From an uncultured Gammaproteobacteria bacterium (GTDB lineage Bacteria > Pseudomonadota > Gammaproteobacteria > JAURND01): a stretch of 64,000 nt of DNA. Shown here one piece after another: positions 29,948 to 39,627 of the stretch. Under the pieces are notes generated by a model. It saw only the letters and a list, made by a program, of their open reading frames with translations. It was not told where the DNA came from and did not search any database. The stretch is taken from the NCBI GenBank assembly GCA_963714975.1, contig CAVQQD010000002.1, positions 768,001-832,000 on the forward strand. The letters are read 5' to 3'. Numbering within the stretch: position 1 is the stretch's first letter; each line of letters opens with the position of its first letter. The translations under genes and the position numbers were made by a program.

Positions 29948-31075
29948 TTGGATTGGACGAGCTTAACAGTCTTGGGCAAGTTGGGGAATGGTTTAGCGAC
30001 TACCTTTGTTATTACCGCTCTCTTAGATCCGCTCGTTAAACTCAGAGAAACGCAAACCTATCGAATCGCTCTTGCGGACTATGAATTTGACTTGCTTTCC
30101 CTAGGCATGGCTGGCGCACTTTGTCTTAGTCTAGTGATCCTAGCGGCAATAGCCGAATGGGATAGAAAAAATCAAAGTGTTTCTGCTCAAAAAGCGAGTT
30201 GTACAGAGACACCACAGACGCCTACAGAATCCTCCTCTAGCAAGCAATGTAAAGTGGGTAAGCAGGTGCAAAAGTGGGCAGAGCGCGGAAAATGGATCCA
30301 ACATGCCCTGGAATATAGTAGTTTACCCGCATTTATATTCTTTCTCGCGATAGCGGACTATTCCTTTCCCGCCTGGGGCTCGAGTTTAATTCAAATAGCA
30401 TTAATTCTAACTTATGGAATGTTTACATCCTGGGGCAGAATGCCCCGTAGCACTTCATCTCATGAAGTGGGTAATAACAAAAAGCAAATTTCTCAGTCAG
30501 TTGGGGCAGGTAACCCTGCTCCTCAAAGCAAGTTACATCATGCCGATTGGAAAACCAAGGCAGGTTATGTGGGTTCATTCGGGAGTGCTTTAGCTGATAT
30601 TTTTGTGGTTGCGCAAATTTTTGTTCCTCTAGTAAAAGTGGCAAATACAGGTAAGGCATTAAAAACAGTACAGATTCTTGATTATGAATATGATGTGATC
30701 ACCCTGGGGGTAGTCGGATTTCTAGGCTTAATTATGGCGTTTTATTGTGCCAAAGCAGATTGGTATGTGAATAAATATAACCAAATCTGTGAAGGGATGC
30801 CGAGCAATGCGCAGGAAAAGCTTGAGCCAGAACAAGAATGTGCGCTGCGCTTTAAGTGGATGAAAGGTGCCCTGGATAATGCTGCGTTACCTGCATTAAT
30901 ATTTTCAGCAAGTGATTTACTGCCTGATTGGCAAAGTCGCCTAGTACAATTAGCACTGGTTATTGTTTATGGATTGACGACCTCTTGGGCTGATGTGCAG
31001 GCAGCGCGTTCGAATATCATGGCCTATAAGCAGCGTAAAAATCAGCTTAAAGCAGAGCTGGAGCCCAGAATGTAG
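29948..31075 (+). CDS. Orphan polytopic membrane protein made of two internal repeats
   Basis: Both halves share PLVK, DYE[FY]D...LG, A[ED]W, KW...AL....LPA.IF, P.W.S.L.Q.AL...YG..TSW. Confidence 0.7.
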   Translation: MDWTSLTVLGKLGNGLATTFVITALLDPLVKLRETQTYRIALADYEFDLLSLGMAGALCLSLVILAAIAEWDRKNQSVSAQKASCTETPQTPTESSSSKQCKVGKQVQKWAERGKWIQHALEYSSLPAFIFFLAIADYSFPAWGSSLIQIALILTYGMFTSWGRMPRSTSSHEVGNNKKQISQSVGAGNPAPQSKLHHADWKTKAGYVGSFGSALADIFVVAQIFVPLVKVANTGKALKTVQILDYEYDVITLGVVGFLGLIMAFYCAKADWYVNKYNQICEGMPSNAQEKLEPEQECALRFKWMKGALDNAALPALIFSASDLLPDWQSRLVQLALVIVYGLTTSWADVQAARSNIMAYKQRKNQLKAELEPRM

Positions 31076-31126
31076 AGTCCCTTTCCCACAGTGTTTTTCT
31101 TTGGGAGAAGGGACCAGGCCCAAGGC

Positions 31127-31816
31127 TTATGGGGGATTTTTAAAACTCATAATATTCCACCGCCGTTCCATAGCCACTTGCTGTAAATGTGGATCGGGAT
31201 CTACAACAATGGGAGTTTTTACTCGGCTTAATAATGGCTGATCATAAATAGAATCGCTATACAGGGTTGTGTGGCTGGGTTGAATGCCACGCTTTTTTAG
31301 CCATTGATCAAAGTGAAAAACCTTACCTTCTCCGAGACAAGGAATACCGGCTAACTGCCCCGTATACTCATCTGCTATTATTTCTTCTTGGGTAGCAATG
31401 GTGTCATGAACTTGGGCATAACGGGCTATGGGTTTGGCTATAAATGAAATGGTAGCAGTAATGAGGACTACGATATTGTTCGGATCTTTTTTATAATTTT
31501 CAATCAAACCTAAGCCAATTTTGGAGACCAGGCTTTTCACTCGTTGCTGAAAAAATTCTTCTCGCCAGGTTTCACGGACTGCGCTGGGAATTCTGCGGAG
31601 CAAAGACAAGTCAAGCTGATAACTAGCAGCGACATCTAATTTGTTTTCTATGTAATCGTTAGCAAATTTCAGCCTTTTTTCCCAGTCATCTTGAGTCATA
31701 ATACCTTTTTGGTCGAGAAATTCTGACCATAATACTGTGGTGTCGGCTGATACTAAGGTTTTATCCATATCAAATAACACGACATGTTTTTCTTTGGCTG
31801 CATTTAATGTTTCCAT
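31127..31816 (-). CDS. HAD-IB family hydrolase
   Basis: LFDMDKTLV, ITAT, GEGK, YSDSIYDQPLL. Confidence 0.88.
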   Translation of the reverse strand: METLNAAKEKHVVLFDMDKTLVSADTTVLWSEFLDQKGIMTQDDWEKRLKFANDYIENKLDVAASYQLDLSLLRRIPSAVRETWREEFFQQRVKSLVSKIGLGLIENYKKDPNNIVVLITATISFIAKPIARYAQVHDTIATQEEIIADEYTGQLAGIPCLGEGKVFHFDQWLKKRGIQPSHTTLYSDSIYDQPLLSRVKTPIVVDPDPHLQQVAMERRWNIMSFKNPP

Positions 31817-31819
31817 AGA

Positions 31820-33013
31820 CTACTCGGTGTTAATTGATTCAATGGCCACTTGGGGATCTAGGTCCTCATTATATTCCACATTGGCATTAAATCCAAATAA
31901 ACGATAAAAGTCTGTTAGATATCCATCTATATCAGTAAGTTCGTGAAGGTTTTCGGTAGTGACTTCTGGCCATAGTTTCTTGATGTGTTGCTGCACATCA
32001 TCCTGCATTTCCCAATCATCTAAGCGGAGGCGGTTAGCGGCATCTCGTGCTGGAGGTTCTGAGGTATAAAGATGTTCCCTAAATAGGCGATTCATTTGTT
32101 CAATACAACCCTCGTGAGTGCCTTTTTCTTTCATTATTTTAAATAATAACGAGATGTAGAGAGGTACCACAGGAATGGCAGAGCTGGCTTGGGTCACTAA
32201 TGCCTTGTTGACGGCTAACAGAGCTTGGCCGCCATCACCCTTGAGCTGCTGGTTCAGCCGATCAGCGGTTTTTTGTAGGTCGTCTTTTGCGCGACCAATA
32301 GTGCCATCTTTGTAAATGGCATGGGTTAATTCGGGCCCAATATAGGTATAGGCCAGGGTGGTAGCGCGAGGTGCTAATAGATTTTCCTGTTTAAGGAAAT
32401 CAATCCACATTGCCCAATCTTCACCGCCCATGACTGCTATGGTATCGGCAATTTCTGCTGCAGTGGCAGGCTCAATGGTAATATCTTTGACGATCCCACG
32501 CAGTGGATCGACTGTTTTGCCGGTAAAAGTTTGTCCAATGGGTTTTAATATTGAAGCGTGGATCTGTCCTGTTTGCGGATGCACGCGTCTGGGCGCAGCA
32601 AGGCTATAGATAATCAGGTCGACTTGTTTTAAATCAGCACGAATTAGCTCAGCGGTTTTTTCTTTAATGTCCTGAGAAAAAGCATCGCCATTAATGCTTT
32701 TAGCATATAAGCCTTGTTGATGAGCTAATCGCTCAAATGCAGCTGTATTGTACCAACCTGCCGAAGCCGTGCGATTATCGCCAGCCGGTTTTTCAAAGAA
32801 GACACCAATAGTATTAGCCTTAGAACCAAAGGTAGCCGCAATTCGACTCGCTAGACCATAGCCTGTAGAGGCACCAATAATCAGAACATTTTTAGGTCCA
32901 GAAAAATGCCCTTGCGATAGAGTGAAATTAACTTGTTCTGATACTGCTTCTGCACATCCTTCTGGATGTGCTGTGGTACAAATGAAGCCACGAACTTTGG
33001 GTTGGATAATCAT
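31820..33013 (-). CDS. fabV: Enoyl-ACP reductase FabV
   Basis: MIIQPKVRGFICTTAHP, GASTGYG, YSLAAP, VMGGEDW, YKDGTIGRAK. Confidence 0.95.
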   Translation of the reverse strand: MIIQPKVRGFICTTAHPEGCAEAVSEQVNFTLSQGHFSGPKNVLIIGASTGYGLASRIAATFGSKANTIGVFFEKPAGDNRTASAGWYNTAAFERLAHQQGLYAKSINGDAFSQDIKEKTAELIRADLKQVDLIIYSLAAPRRVHPQTGQIHASILKPIGQTFTGKTVDPLRGIVKDITIEPATAAEIADTIAVMGGEDWAMWIDFLKQENLLAPRATTLAYTYIGPELTHAIYKDGTIGRAKDDLQKTADRLNQQLKGDGGQALLAVNKALVTQASSAIPVVPLYISLLFKIMKEKGTHEGCIEQMNRLFREHLYTSEPPARDAANRLRLDDWEMQDDVQQHIKKLWPEVTTENLHELTDIDGYLTDFYRLFGFNANVEYNEDLDPQVAIESINTE

Positions 33014-33046
33014 AATTTTATTAATTTTCCTCTTCAATATAAGTCA

Positions 33047-33397
33047 TTAGGGAGCAGGTGGTTGACGTTTTTTACATAGGTAAGCGATGAATATTAGTAG
33101 TATAAAAAATGGCATTATGATTGGAAATAAAATAGGGAATAATAGGATTGCTAATAACATCCAAATGAAGGCAAAACCACTCAGTAGGAAAATCATAAAT
33201 CCTGGTATGACAAAAAATAGCAGTAAGGCAATAGAGAACACGACAATGGTAGCAACAATGACTCCCCAGATAGTAGCACTCATTACAAAAACAATTCCTA
33301 ACAAAGGAAAAGCAAAATAAAAGCCAATTACGGAGAGAAAAATCAATGCAATAGCAAGTAGCAGCGCAAATCGAAACGGTGAATTATGAGGTTGCAT
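33047..33397 (-). CDS. Small hydrophobic membrane protein
   Basis: Almost entirely hydrophobic 116-aa ORF with a basic tail; co-oriented with fabV. Confidence 0.6.
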   Translation of the reverse strand: MQPHNSPFRFALLLAIALIFLSVIGFYFAFPLLGIVFVMSATIWGVIVATIVVFSIALLLFFVIPGFMIFLLSGFAFIWMLLAILLFPILFPIIMPFFILLIFIAYLCKKRQPPAP

Positions 33398-33570
33398 GGT
33401 TCAATCCTTTTAAAGGGGGTGGTTGGTCATGGAGGATTGTATGCTTATTCAGGGAACTTGTGAATAGCTTGGCAATAAGGAATTTGAGACCGTCCCTGGT
33501 CCTTGCTTCGATAACGAGGAGTTTGCTATTATTCACTACTTATTTTTTTACACGGAAAACCAATTCGCCT

Positions 33571-33655
33571 GTCGTCCCGCGGCTTGTCCGCGGGATCCAG
33601 AAATGAGGTTTCTATTGGCCTTTACCTGGATCCCGCGGACAAGCTGCGGGACGAC
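33571..33655. repeat. Family-2 REPIN-like element (two inverted palindromes)
   Basis: GTCGTCCCGCGGCTTGTCCGCGGGATCCAG...CTGGATCCCGCGGACAAGCTGCGGGACGAC. Confidence 0.9.
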
Positions 33656-33687
33656 GGCGCTTAGTTACTTATAAGGAGTGATACATT

Positions 33688-33870
33688 ATGGGTTTGATTC
33701 AAATTGTTTTAGTACTTATTATCATTGGTGTTTTGCTCTGGTTGATAAATGCTTATATCCCTATGGCGAGACCAATTAAAACTATTTTAAATATTTTAGT
33801 CATAATTTGTGTGGTCCTGTGGCTGTTATCTTTGTTTGGAATAATTAGCGGGTTAAACTTTAAACTATAG
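33688..33870 (+). CDS. Small two-TM protein (Thivi_2564-like)
   Basis: SD AAGGAG; [21 protein letters not shown] pattern. Confidence 0.7.
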   Translation: MGLIQIVLVLIIIGVLLWLINAYIPMARPIKTILNILVIICVVLWLLSLFGIISGLNFKL

Positions 33871-33883
33871 TAATCGCACTGTG

Positions 33884-34837
33884 ATGATTATAAATAATAT
33901 TTTAGAAGCAATAGGGAAAACTCCCATCGTTAAACTAAATCGGGTGGGTGCTGAACTGCCTTGCTCGCTTTATGCGAAATGTGAATTTTTAAATCCCGGA
34001 GGTTCAGTCAAAGATCGAATCGCGCTTTATATGGTTGAGCAAGCGGAAAAGCGAGGTGAAATAAAACCAGGTGATACGCTGATTGAGGCAACTTCCGGTA
34101 ATACGGGTATTGGGATTGCTCTTGCTGGCGCGGTTAAGGGTTATCAAGTGATAATCACCATGCCGGAAAAAATGAGTCACGAAAAACAGGTCGTTTTGGA
34201 AGCACTAGGCGCTAAAATATATCGTACGCCTACTGCGGCTGCCTGGGACTCCCCAGAGAGCCATATTTCATTGGCTAAGCGTTTGCAGCAAGAAATTCCC
34301 AATTCTCATATTTTAGATCAATATAATAATCTCGATAACTGTGCCGCGCATTATTCCTGTACTGCTCAAGAAATTTTAGAAGATATGGATGGTCAGCTGG
34401 ATATGATCGTTATGACGGTGGGGACTGGTGGAACCATTACCGGCGTTGCTCAGCGGCTAAAAGAACATAATCCCAAAATTCGTGTTATTGGCGTTGATCC
34501 TATTGGTTCTATCTTGGGAGGTGGTACAGAGATTAAACCCTATTTAGTAGAAGGGATTGGCTATGATTTCTTTCCCAAAGTCTTAGATAATCGGCTAATC
34601 GATGAATATATTAAAATTAATGATCAAGATTCTTTCTTAATGGCGCGTCGCTTAATTAAAGAAGAAGGGCTTTTGGTGGGCGGGTCTTCCGGATCAGCTG
34701 TGTGGGCCATGCTGCAAACTGCCAAAACACTGCGCGTTGGACAGCGTTGTTTAGTAATTTTGCCAGATTCTATTCGTAATTATCTGACTAAATTTGTAGA
34801 TGAAAAATGGATGAGAGACCATCAATTTATAACTTAA
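33884..34837 (+). CDS. Cystathionine beta-synthase-like PLP enzyme
   Basis: [48 protein letters not shown]; adjacent to a cystathionine gamma-lyase/synthase. Confidence 0.85.
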   Translation: MIINNILEAIGKTPIVKLNRVGAELPCSLYAKCEFLNPGGSVKDRIALYMVEQAEKRGEIKPGDTLIEATSGNTGIGIALAGAVKGYQVIITMPEKMSHEKQVVLEALGAKIYRTPTAAAWDSPESHISLAKRLQQEIPNSHILDQYNNLDNCAAHYSCTAQEILEDMDGQLDMIVMTVGTGGTITGVAQRLKEHNPKIRVIGVDPIGSILGGGTEIKPYLVEGIGYDFFPKVLDNRLIDEYIKINDQDSFLMARRLIKEEGLLVGGSSGSAVWAMLQTAKTLRVGQRCLVILPDSIRNYLTKFVDEKWMRDHQFIT

Positions 34838-34852
34838 TATTGTGACATCCTT

Positions 34853-36016
34853 ATGACCCAAAACAAGTGCTACCATTTAGCTACCAGAGTTATTCATGGT
34901 GGCCAGCATCCAGATCCCTTAACAGGTGCAGTTATGGTGCCTATTTATGCGACTTCCACTTATGCCCAGGAAAGTCCCGGGCAACATCAGGGTTACGAAT
35001 ATTCTCGTACTAAAAATCCAACGCGGCTAGCCTATGAAGAATGCGTCGCTAATTTGGAGTCTGGAATACAAGGTTTTGCCTTTGCTTCGGGTATGGCTGC
35101 TACAGCCACCTTGTTGGAGTTATTGCAATCAGGGGATCATGTTGTCGTCATAGATAATGTCTATGGTGGCACTTATCGGTTATTTCAAAATGTGCGCCGG
35201 CGTTCCGCAGGATTGCAATTTAGCTTCATTGATTTTAGCGATCTTGCTTCGGTAAAAGCAGCAATTTTGCCCAATACGAAAATGATTTGGGTAGAATCTC
35301 CGACTAATCCACTATTAAAGTTAGTGGATCTGCAAGCTATTGCGCAAATAGCTAAGGAGTATGATTTGCTTTCTGTGGCGGACAACACCTTTGCTACCCC
35401 ACTAGCGCAGCGTCCGCTGGAATATGGTTTTGATATCGTGATGCATTCTGCAACTAAATATCTCAATGGCCACTCGGATATTATTAGTGGTATAGTAGTT
35501 GTGAATGATGCTAGGTTAGCAGAGCAATTAGGTTATCTACAAAATTCAATTGGCGGAGTTGCTAGCCCATTTGATAGTTTTTTAGCTTTACGTGGTTTAA
35601 AAACTTTGGATGTGCGGATGGAGCGGCATAGCAAAAATGCGCTTATTTTAGCAGAATGGTTAGAGGCCCACCCAAAGGTGATGCAAGTATTTTACCCAGG
35701 CTTGCCTAGTCATCCTCAATATGAATTAGCGCAGCGACAAATGGAATTGTTTGGTGGCATGATTAGTGTAAAGCTAAAGGCTGATTTGCAGCAAACCAGA
35801 AAAATGTTGTCCGAATGTAAGCTTTTTACCTTAGCAGAAAGCCTGGGGGGAGTGGAAAGTTTAATTGAACATCCTGGGTTAATGACCCATGCTTCTATCC
35901 CTGCAGCGGAGCGCGAACAAATGGGGTTTTCTGATAATTTTATTCGATTGTCAGTAGGTTTGGAAAATATAGAGGATCTTCGTGCGGATTTAGAGCAGGC
36001 TTTGGAGAAAATTTAA
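34853..36016 (+). CDS. Cystathionine gamma-lyase/gamma-synthase
   Basis: [38 protein letters not shown]. Confidence 0.9.
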   Translation: MTQNKCYHLATRVIHGGQHPDPLTGAVMVPIYATSTYAQESPGQHQGYEYSRTKNPTRLAYEECVANLESGIQGFAFASGMAATATLLELLQSGDHVVVIDNVYGGTYRLFQNVRRRSAGLQFSFIDFSDLASVKAAILPNTKMIWVESPTNPLLKLVDLQAIAQIAKEYDLLSVADNTFATPLAQRPLEYGFDIVMHSATKYLNGHSDIISGIVVVNDARLAEQLGYLQNSIGGVASPFDSFLALRGLKTLDVRMERHSKNALILAEWLEAHPKVMQVFYPGLPSHPQYELAQRQMELFGGMISVKLKADLQQTRKMLSECKLFTLAESLGGVESLIEHPGLMTHASIPAAEREQMGFSDNFIRLSVGLENIEDLRADLEQALEKI

Positions 36017-36031
36017 AAGGAGCAGTTTGCT

Positions 36032-36760
36032 ATGGAAAAGCTTAAGTTAGTCTTGATTGCATTGCTAAGTGCTTTATGTGTTACTGCACAAGCACAGGAC
36101 GAAGAAATTTATTTAGTCCCAGTACCTCAACCTAGGGCAGTTATAGTCGTCCCATCAGCTATAGTCGCACCATCAGCTACAGTACTCCCGCTTCGAGAAC
36201 GGCAACCCATTAGGATGACCATTCAAAATGATTCTAATTTTGACATTAGCATGGTTAGTAGGGGTTATGATAATGTAAATGAGAAGGATGTGCACGCCCT
36301 AGAGGCACAAACCTTATATGCACACTCTACCCATCAATTTCTTATTGGCAGGGAGGGCTATCCAGCTCATTTATCTCTTGGATTTGCTATTTCCCCGACA
36401 GAAACGCAACGCTTGGATAGAATAATTGCGCAGTGGGAATATATTGAAGATGAAAACTTAGCAGACTCTTGCCATAATTACGGGGCGCGCACGGAACGCC
36501 AAACGACTGTTAGTTATGTGCCTGCAGAGACCTATGCTTATCCCTATGAAAATCCGTTATATCCTTACCCAGGCTATACTCCTTATTATTATTCTCCTTA
36601 TCCTAATTATGCCCCGGTTGCGACCTATGCTTATCCTCCGCCTGAGGTAGGTTACACGGCTGTTCCAGTCTACACCAACTCCACTCCCTTTTCGGTTAGG
36701 TGCTCAGGAGACAACAGTATTATCACCCCCATAGTACAGTTGGAGTTAGAGCATGTGTAA
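36032..36760 (+). CDS. Secreted orphan protein with a Pro/Tyr-rich segment
   Basis: SD AAGGAG; signal peptide ending AQA; YAYPYENPLYPYPGYTPYYYSPYPNYAP. Confidence 0.7.
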   Translation: MEKLKLVLIALLSALCVTAQAQDEEIYLVPVPQPRAVIVVPSAIVAPSATVLPLRERQPIRMTIQNDSNFDISMVSRGYDNVNEKDVHALEAQTLYAHSTHQFLIGREGYPAHLSLGFAISPTETQRLDRIIAQWEYIEDENLADSCHNYGARTERQTTVSYVPAETYAYPYENPLYPYPGYTPYYYSPYPNYAPVATYAYPPPEVGYTAVPVYTNSTPFSVRCSGDNSIITPIVQLELEHV

Positions 36761-36769
36761 CAACAATCC

Positions 36770-36810
36770 CCTTCTCGCTTTAGTGAGAAGGTGCCGAAGA
36801 CAAATGAGGG
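36770..36810 (+). repeat. Diverged family-1 repeat
   Basis: CCTTCTCGCTTTAGTGAGAAGGTGCCGAAGACAAATGAGGG. Confidence 0.65.
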
Positions 36811-36872
36811 ATTAGTATTACGCTAAATGCTGTGTTACCATGACTGAATTTTTCTGACAGGGAGTTGTTTTT

Positions 36873-39170
36873 ATGCCGAAGAACCAGGCCAAATCCGAAC
36901 AAATTGAGGCGGCAATCAAGGAAATACTCGAGAGTGGGGGAGAGCCCACCCTTGAATCTGCACGTCAAATGCTATCCATTAAAAATCTCACTACGACTGG
37001 ACCCCGATTTTATAAATATTTATACAGCAATCATCTATACGATGGCAGATTAAAACGTTCTGCAAAAGAAGCGCTGGGCGAGAAAGAAACAAAAGAAAGA
37101 ATTGGTGAACTAGAAAAAACTCTTTCCTTGGTAAAAGCTACCTTAGAGTCGACAGCGGATGGCCTGTTAATTCTTGATCGGGATGGAAAGCTAGTAAGCT
37201 GGAACCAGAAATTTGTAGAGATGTATCGGTTTCCTCCAGAAGTTTTGGAGACACGTGATGAGCGAGTTGCACTGCAATACATTTTAGATCAATTAAGTGA
37301 CCCGCAAGGTTTTTTTAATTCTGTAGCAAAATTATACGATCATCCAGAGGCAAAAGGAGAATTAGAAGATTTACATTTTAAAGATGGTCGGATTTTTGAG
37401 CGTTATTCACAGCCACAATTAGTAGGCGAGCAAATTGTAGGGCGGGTTTGGAGTTTTCGTGATGTCACGGAGCGACGAAAACAAGAAGAGCAGCTCCGTT
37501 TGCGTGAACGTGCCATTGAGGCTAGTACCCACGGCGTCATTATTACAGACAACACCACTCATCATAATATTTTATATGCTAACCCGGCTTTTGAACGTAT
37601 TACCGGCTATTCATTTTCTGAGATAAAAGAGCACCAGTGTTTTGTATGGTGCAAGGATGATCAACAACTACCCGCGATCCAAAATATCCGTTTGGCACTC
37701 AAAGAACAGCGTGAAGATCAAGTGATTATTCTTAATCACAAGAAAAACGGCGAGGAATTTTGGAGTGAAATTAATATTGCTCCAGTGCCTGATAGTACTG
37801 GTAAAGTTAACCATTTCGTTTGGATAATCAATGATATTACTCAGCGCAAAATCATGGAGGATAAATTATCCCACCAGGCGACCCACGATTATTTAACTGA
37901 ATTACCAAATAGATTATTGCTCCGAGATCGATTACAGCAAATTATTTTGAATGCAAAGCGATTAGAAGTAATTGCTTCTGTGTGGTTTATTGATTTAGAT
38001 CGTTTTAAATTAACCAATGATAGTTTGGGTCATGGTGCAGGTGATAAATTGTTACAAGTTATTGCTGAACGTTTAGTGAACAGCGTCCGTGAAACTGATA
38101 CGGTATCTCGACTTGGCGGGGATGAGTTTGTCGTAGTTTGTTTATTACAAAAAAATGAGTTTGATGCTATTCCATTAGTTCAAAAAATCTTAAAAAAAAT
38201 TTCTGAGCCTGTGCCAATTGATGACCGTATTATTAATATTACTGCAAGTATCGGTATTAGTTCTTATCCAAGTAATGGTGAAGATATTGATACCTTAATG
38301 CGACATGCTGATATTGCCATGTATCGTGCGAAAGATTTAGGGCGTGACAATTTTCAGTTTTTTACTCCCGAGATGAATGAGCAACTAGATAAACGTTTAA
38401 TGTTAGAGAGCGATTTACATCAAGCGTTAGAACGAAGTGAATTTGTCTTGTACTATCAACCTTTAATTTGTTTAAAGACGGGAACTATCAAGAGCTTTGA
38501 AGCATTGATTCGTTGGTTTCATCCTGAGAAAGGCTTGATACCTCCCTTAGAATTTATTCCTTTTGCTGAAGAAACCGGCTTAATAGTGCCCATTGGTGAG
38601 TGGGCCTTAACAGCAGCCTGTAGAGACTATCAGCTTTTTCGGGAAAAAATATCCACACCATTGCACATAGCTGTGAATGTATCAAGTCAACAATTTCGTA
38701 GAAATAATTTTATTGAAGTTATTGATCAGATCTTATCTAAGACTAAGATGCTCGCCAGCTGCTTAGATATTGAAATCACTGAAAGTATTTTAATCGAAAA
38801 TGTTGATAAAACCATGCTTACTTTTAATGAATTAAAAACCCGAGGGATCAATCTTATTTTAGATGATTTTGGTACCGGCTATTCAAGTTTAAGCTACTTA
38901 AAGCGCTTACCATTAGATAAACTAAAAATTGATAAATCTTTTGTAGATGGAATTGGTACTCATACCAATGGACCCGCCATTGTTCAGACCATTATTTCCA
39001 TGGCTCATGTATTAGGACTCAGTGTTGTGGCAGAAGGAGTAGAAACCAAAGAGCAATTAGAATTTTTGAAAGCCCACAATTGTGATCAAATGCAAGGCTT
39101 TTACTTTAGTCGGCCACTACCCCTGCAAGAAGCACTGAAATTATTACAACCAGAAGAAGTTTTAGTGTAA
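36873..39170 (+). CDS. PAS-PAS-GGDEF-EAL c-di-GMP enzyme with an unusual N-terminal helical domain
   Basis: Two PAS domains (WSFRDVTERR, NDITQRK); RETD I-site, GGDEF; EAL, DDFGTGYSS. Confidence 0.93.
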   Translation: MPKNQAKSEQIEAAIKEILESGGEPTLESARQMLSIKNLTTTGPRFYKYLYSNHLYDGRLKRSAKEALGEKETKERIGELEKTLSLVKATLESTADGLLILDRDGKLVSWNQKFVEMYRFPPEVLETRDERVALQYILDQLSDPQGFFNSVAKLYDHPEAKGELEDLHFKDGRIFERYSQPQLVGEQIVGRVWSFRDVTERRKQEEQLRLRERAIEASTHGVIITDNTTHHNILYANPAFERITGYSFSEIKEHQCFVWCKDDQQLPAIQNIRLALKEQREDQVIILNHKKNGEEFWSEINIAPVPDSTGKVNHFVWIINDITQRKIMEDKLSHQATHDYLTELPNRLLLRDRLQQIILNAKRLEVIASVWFIDLDRFKLTNDSLGHGAGDKLLQVIAERLVNSVRETDTVSRLGGDEFVVVCLLQKNEFDAIPLVQKILKKISEPVPIDDRIINITASIGISSYPSNGEDIDTLMRHADIAMYRAKDLGRDNFQFFTPEMNEQLDKRLMLESDLHQALERSEFVLYYQPLICLKTGTIKSFEALIRWFHPEKGLIPPLEFIPFAEETGLIVPIGEWALTAACRDYQLFREKISTPLHIAVNVSSQQFRRNNFIEVIDQILSKTKMLASCLDIEITESILIENVDKTMLTFNELKTRGINLILDDFGTGYSSLSYLKRLPLDKLKIDKSFVDGIGTHTNGPAIVQTIISMAHVLGLSVVAEGVETKEQLEFLKAHNCDQMQGFYFSRPLPLQEALKLLQPEEVLV

Positions 39171-39190
39171 TCTATATAGGATTTACAATT

Positions 39191-39625
39191 ATGGCAAATT
39201 CATTAATGCAGGAAGTTCAAGTAATTCCTAGAAATGAAATACCGGCTATTTATTCGGTGAATCAAACAGGCATAGAACATAGAATTGGTGAATTAAGAGA
39301 TTTTCAATGGCATCCCTTATTAAAACAATTCATTCCAGAACAACTAGGCATTTCTTTTAGTTGGACTCGATTGCGAGGGGATGAAATTTTGCAGCCTCAT
39401 TTACATCCTGAGCAGTCAATTATTATCATTGTAAAAGGAAACGGCCGATTATTAGGTCAGAAAAATCTACCATTGACTGAAGGTGATACTGTGGTGGTTC
39501 CTCCTGGTTGTGCCCACGGTTTTCAGGGTGACGGGGGGGAAGGTTTTTGTGCTTTATCCATCCAATTTGCTGGTGGTCTTTATACGCATCCAGAACAAGC
39601 ACGTGTTGCATTTGTGGAGAAATAA
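39191..39625 (+). CDS. Stand-alone cupin
   Basis: PHLHPEQ and GDTVVVPPGCAH motifs; homologous to the cupin domains at 43778-45777. Confidence 0.85.
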   Translation: MANSLMQEVQVIPRNEIPAIYSVNQTGIEHRIGELRDFQWHPLLKQFIPEQLGISFSWTRLRGDEILQPHLHPEQSIIIIVKGNGRLLGQKNLPLTEGDTVVVPPGCAHGFQGDGGEGFCALSIQFAGGLYTHPEQARVAFVEK

Positions 39626-39627
39626 AT

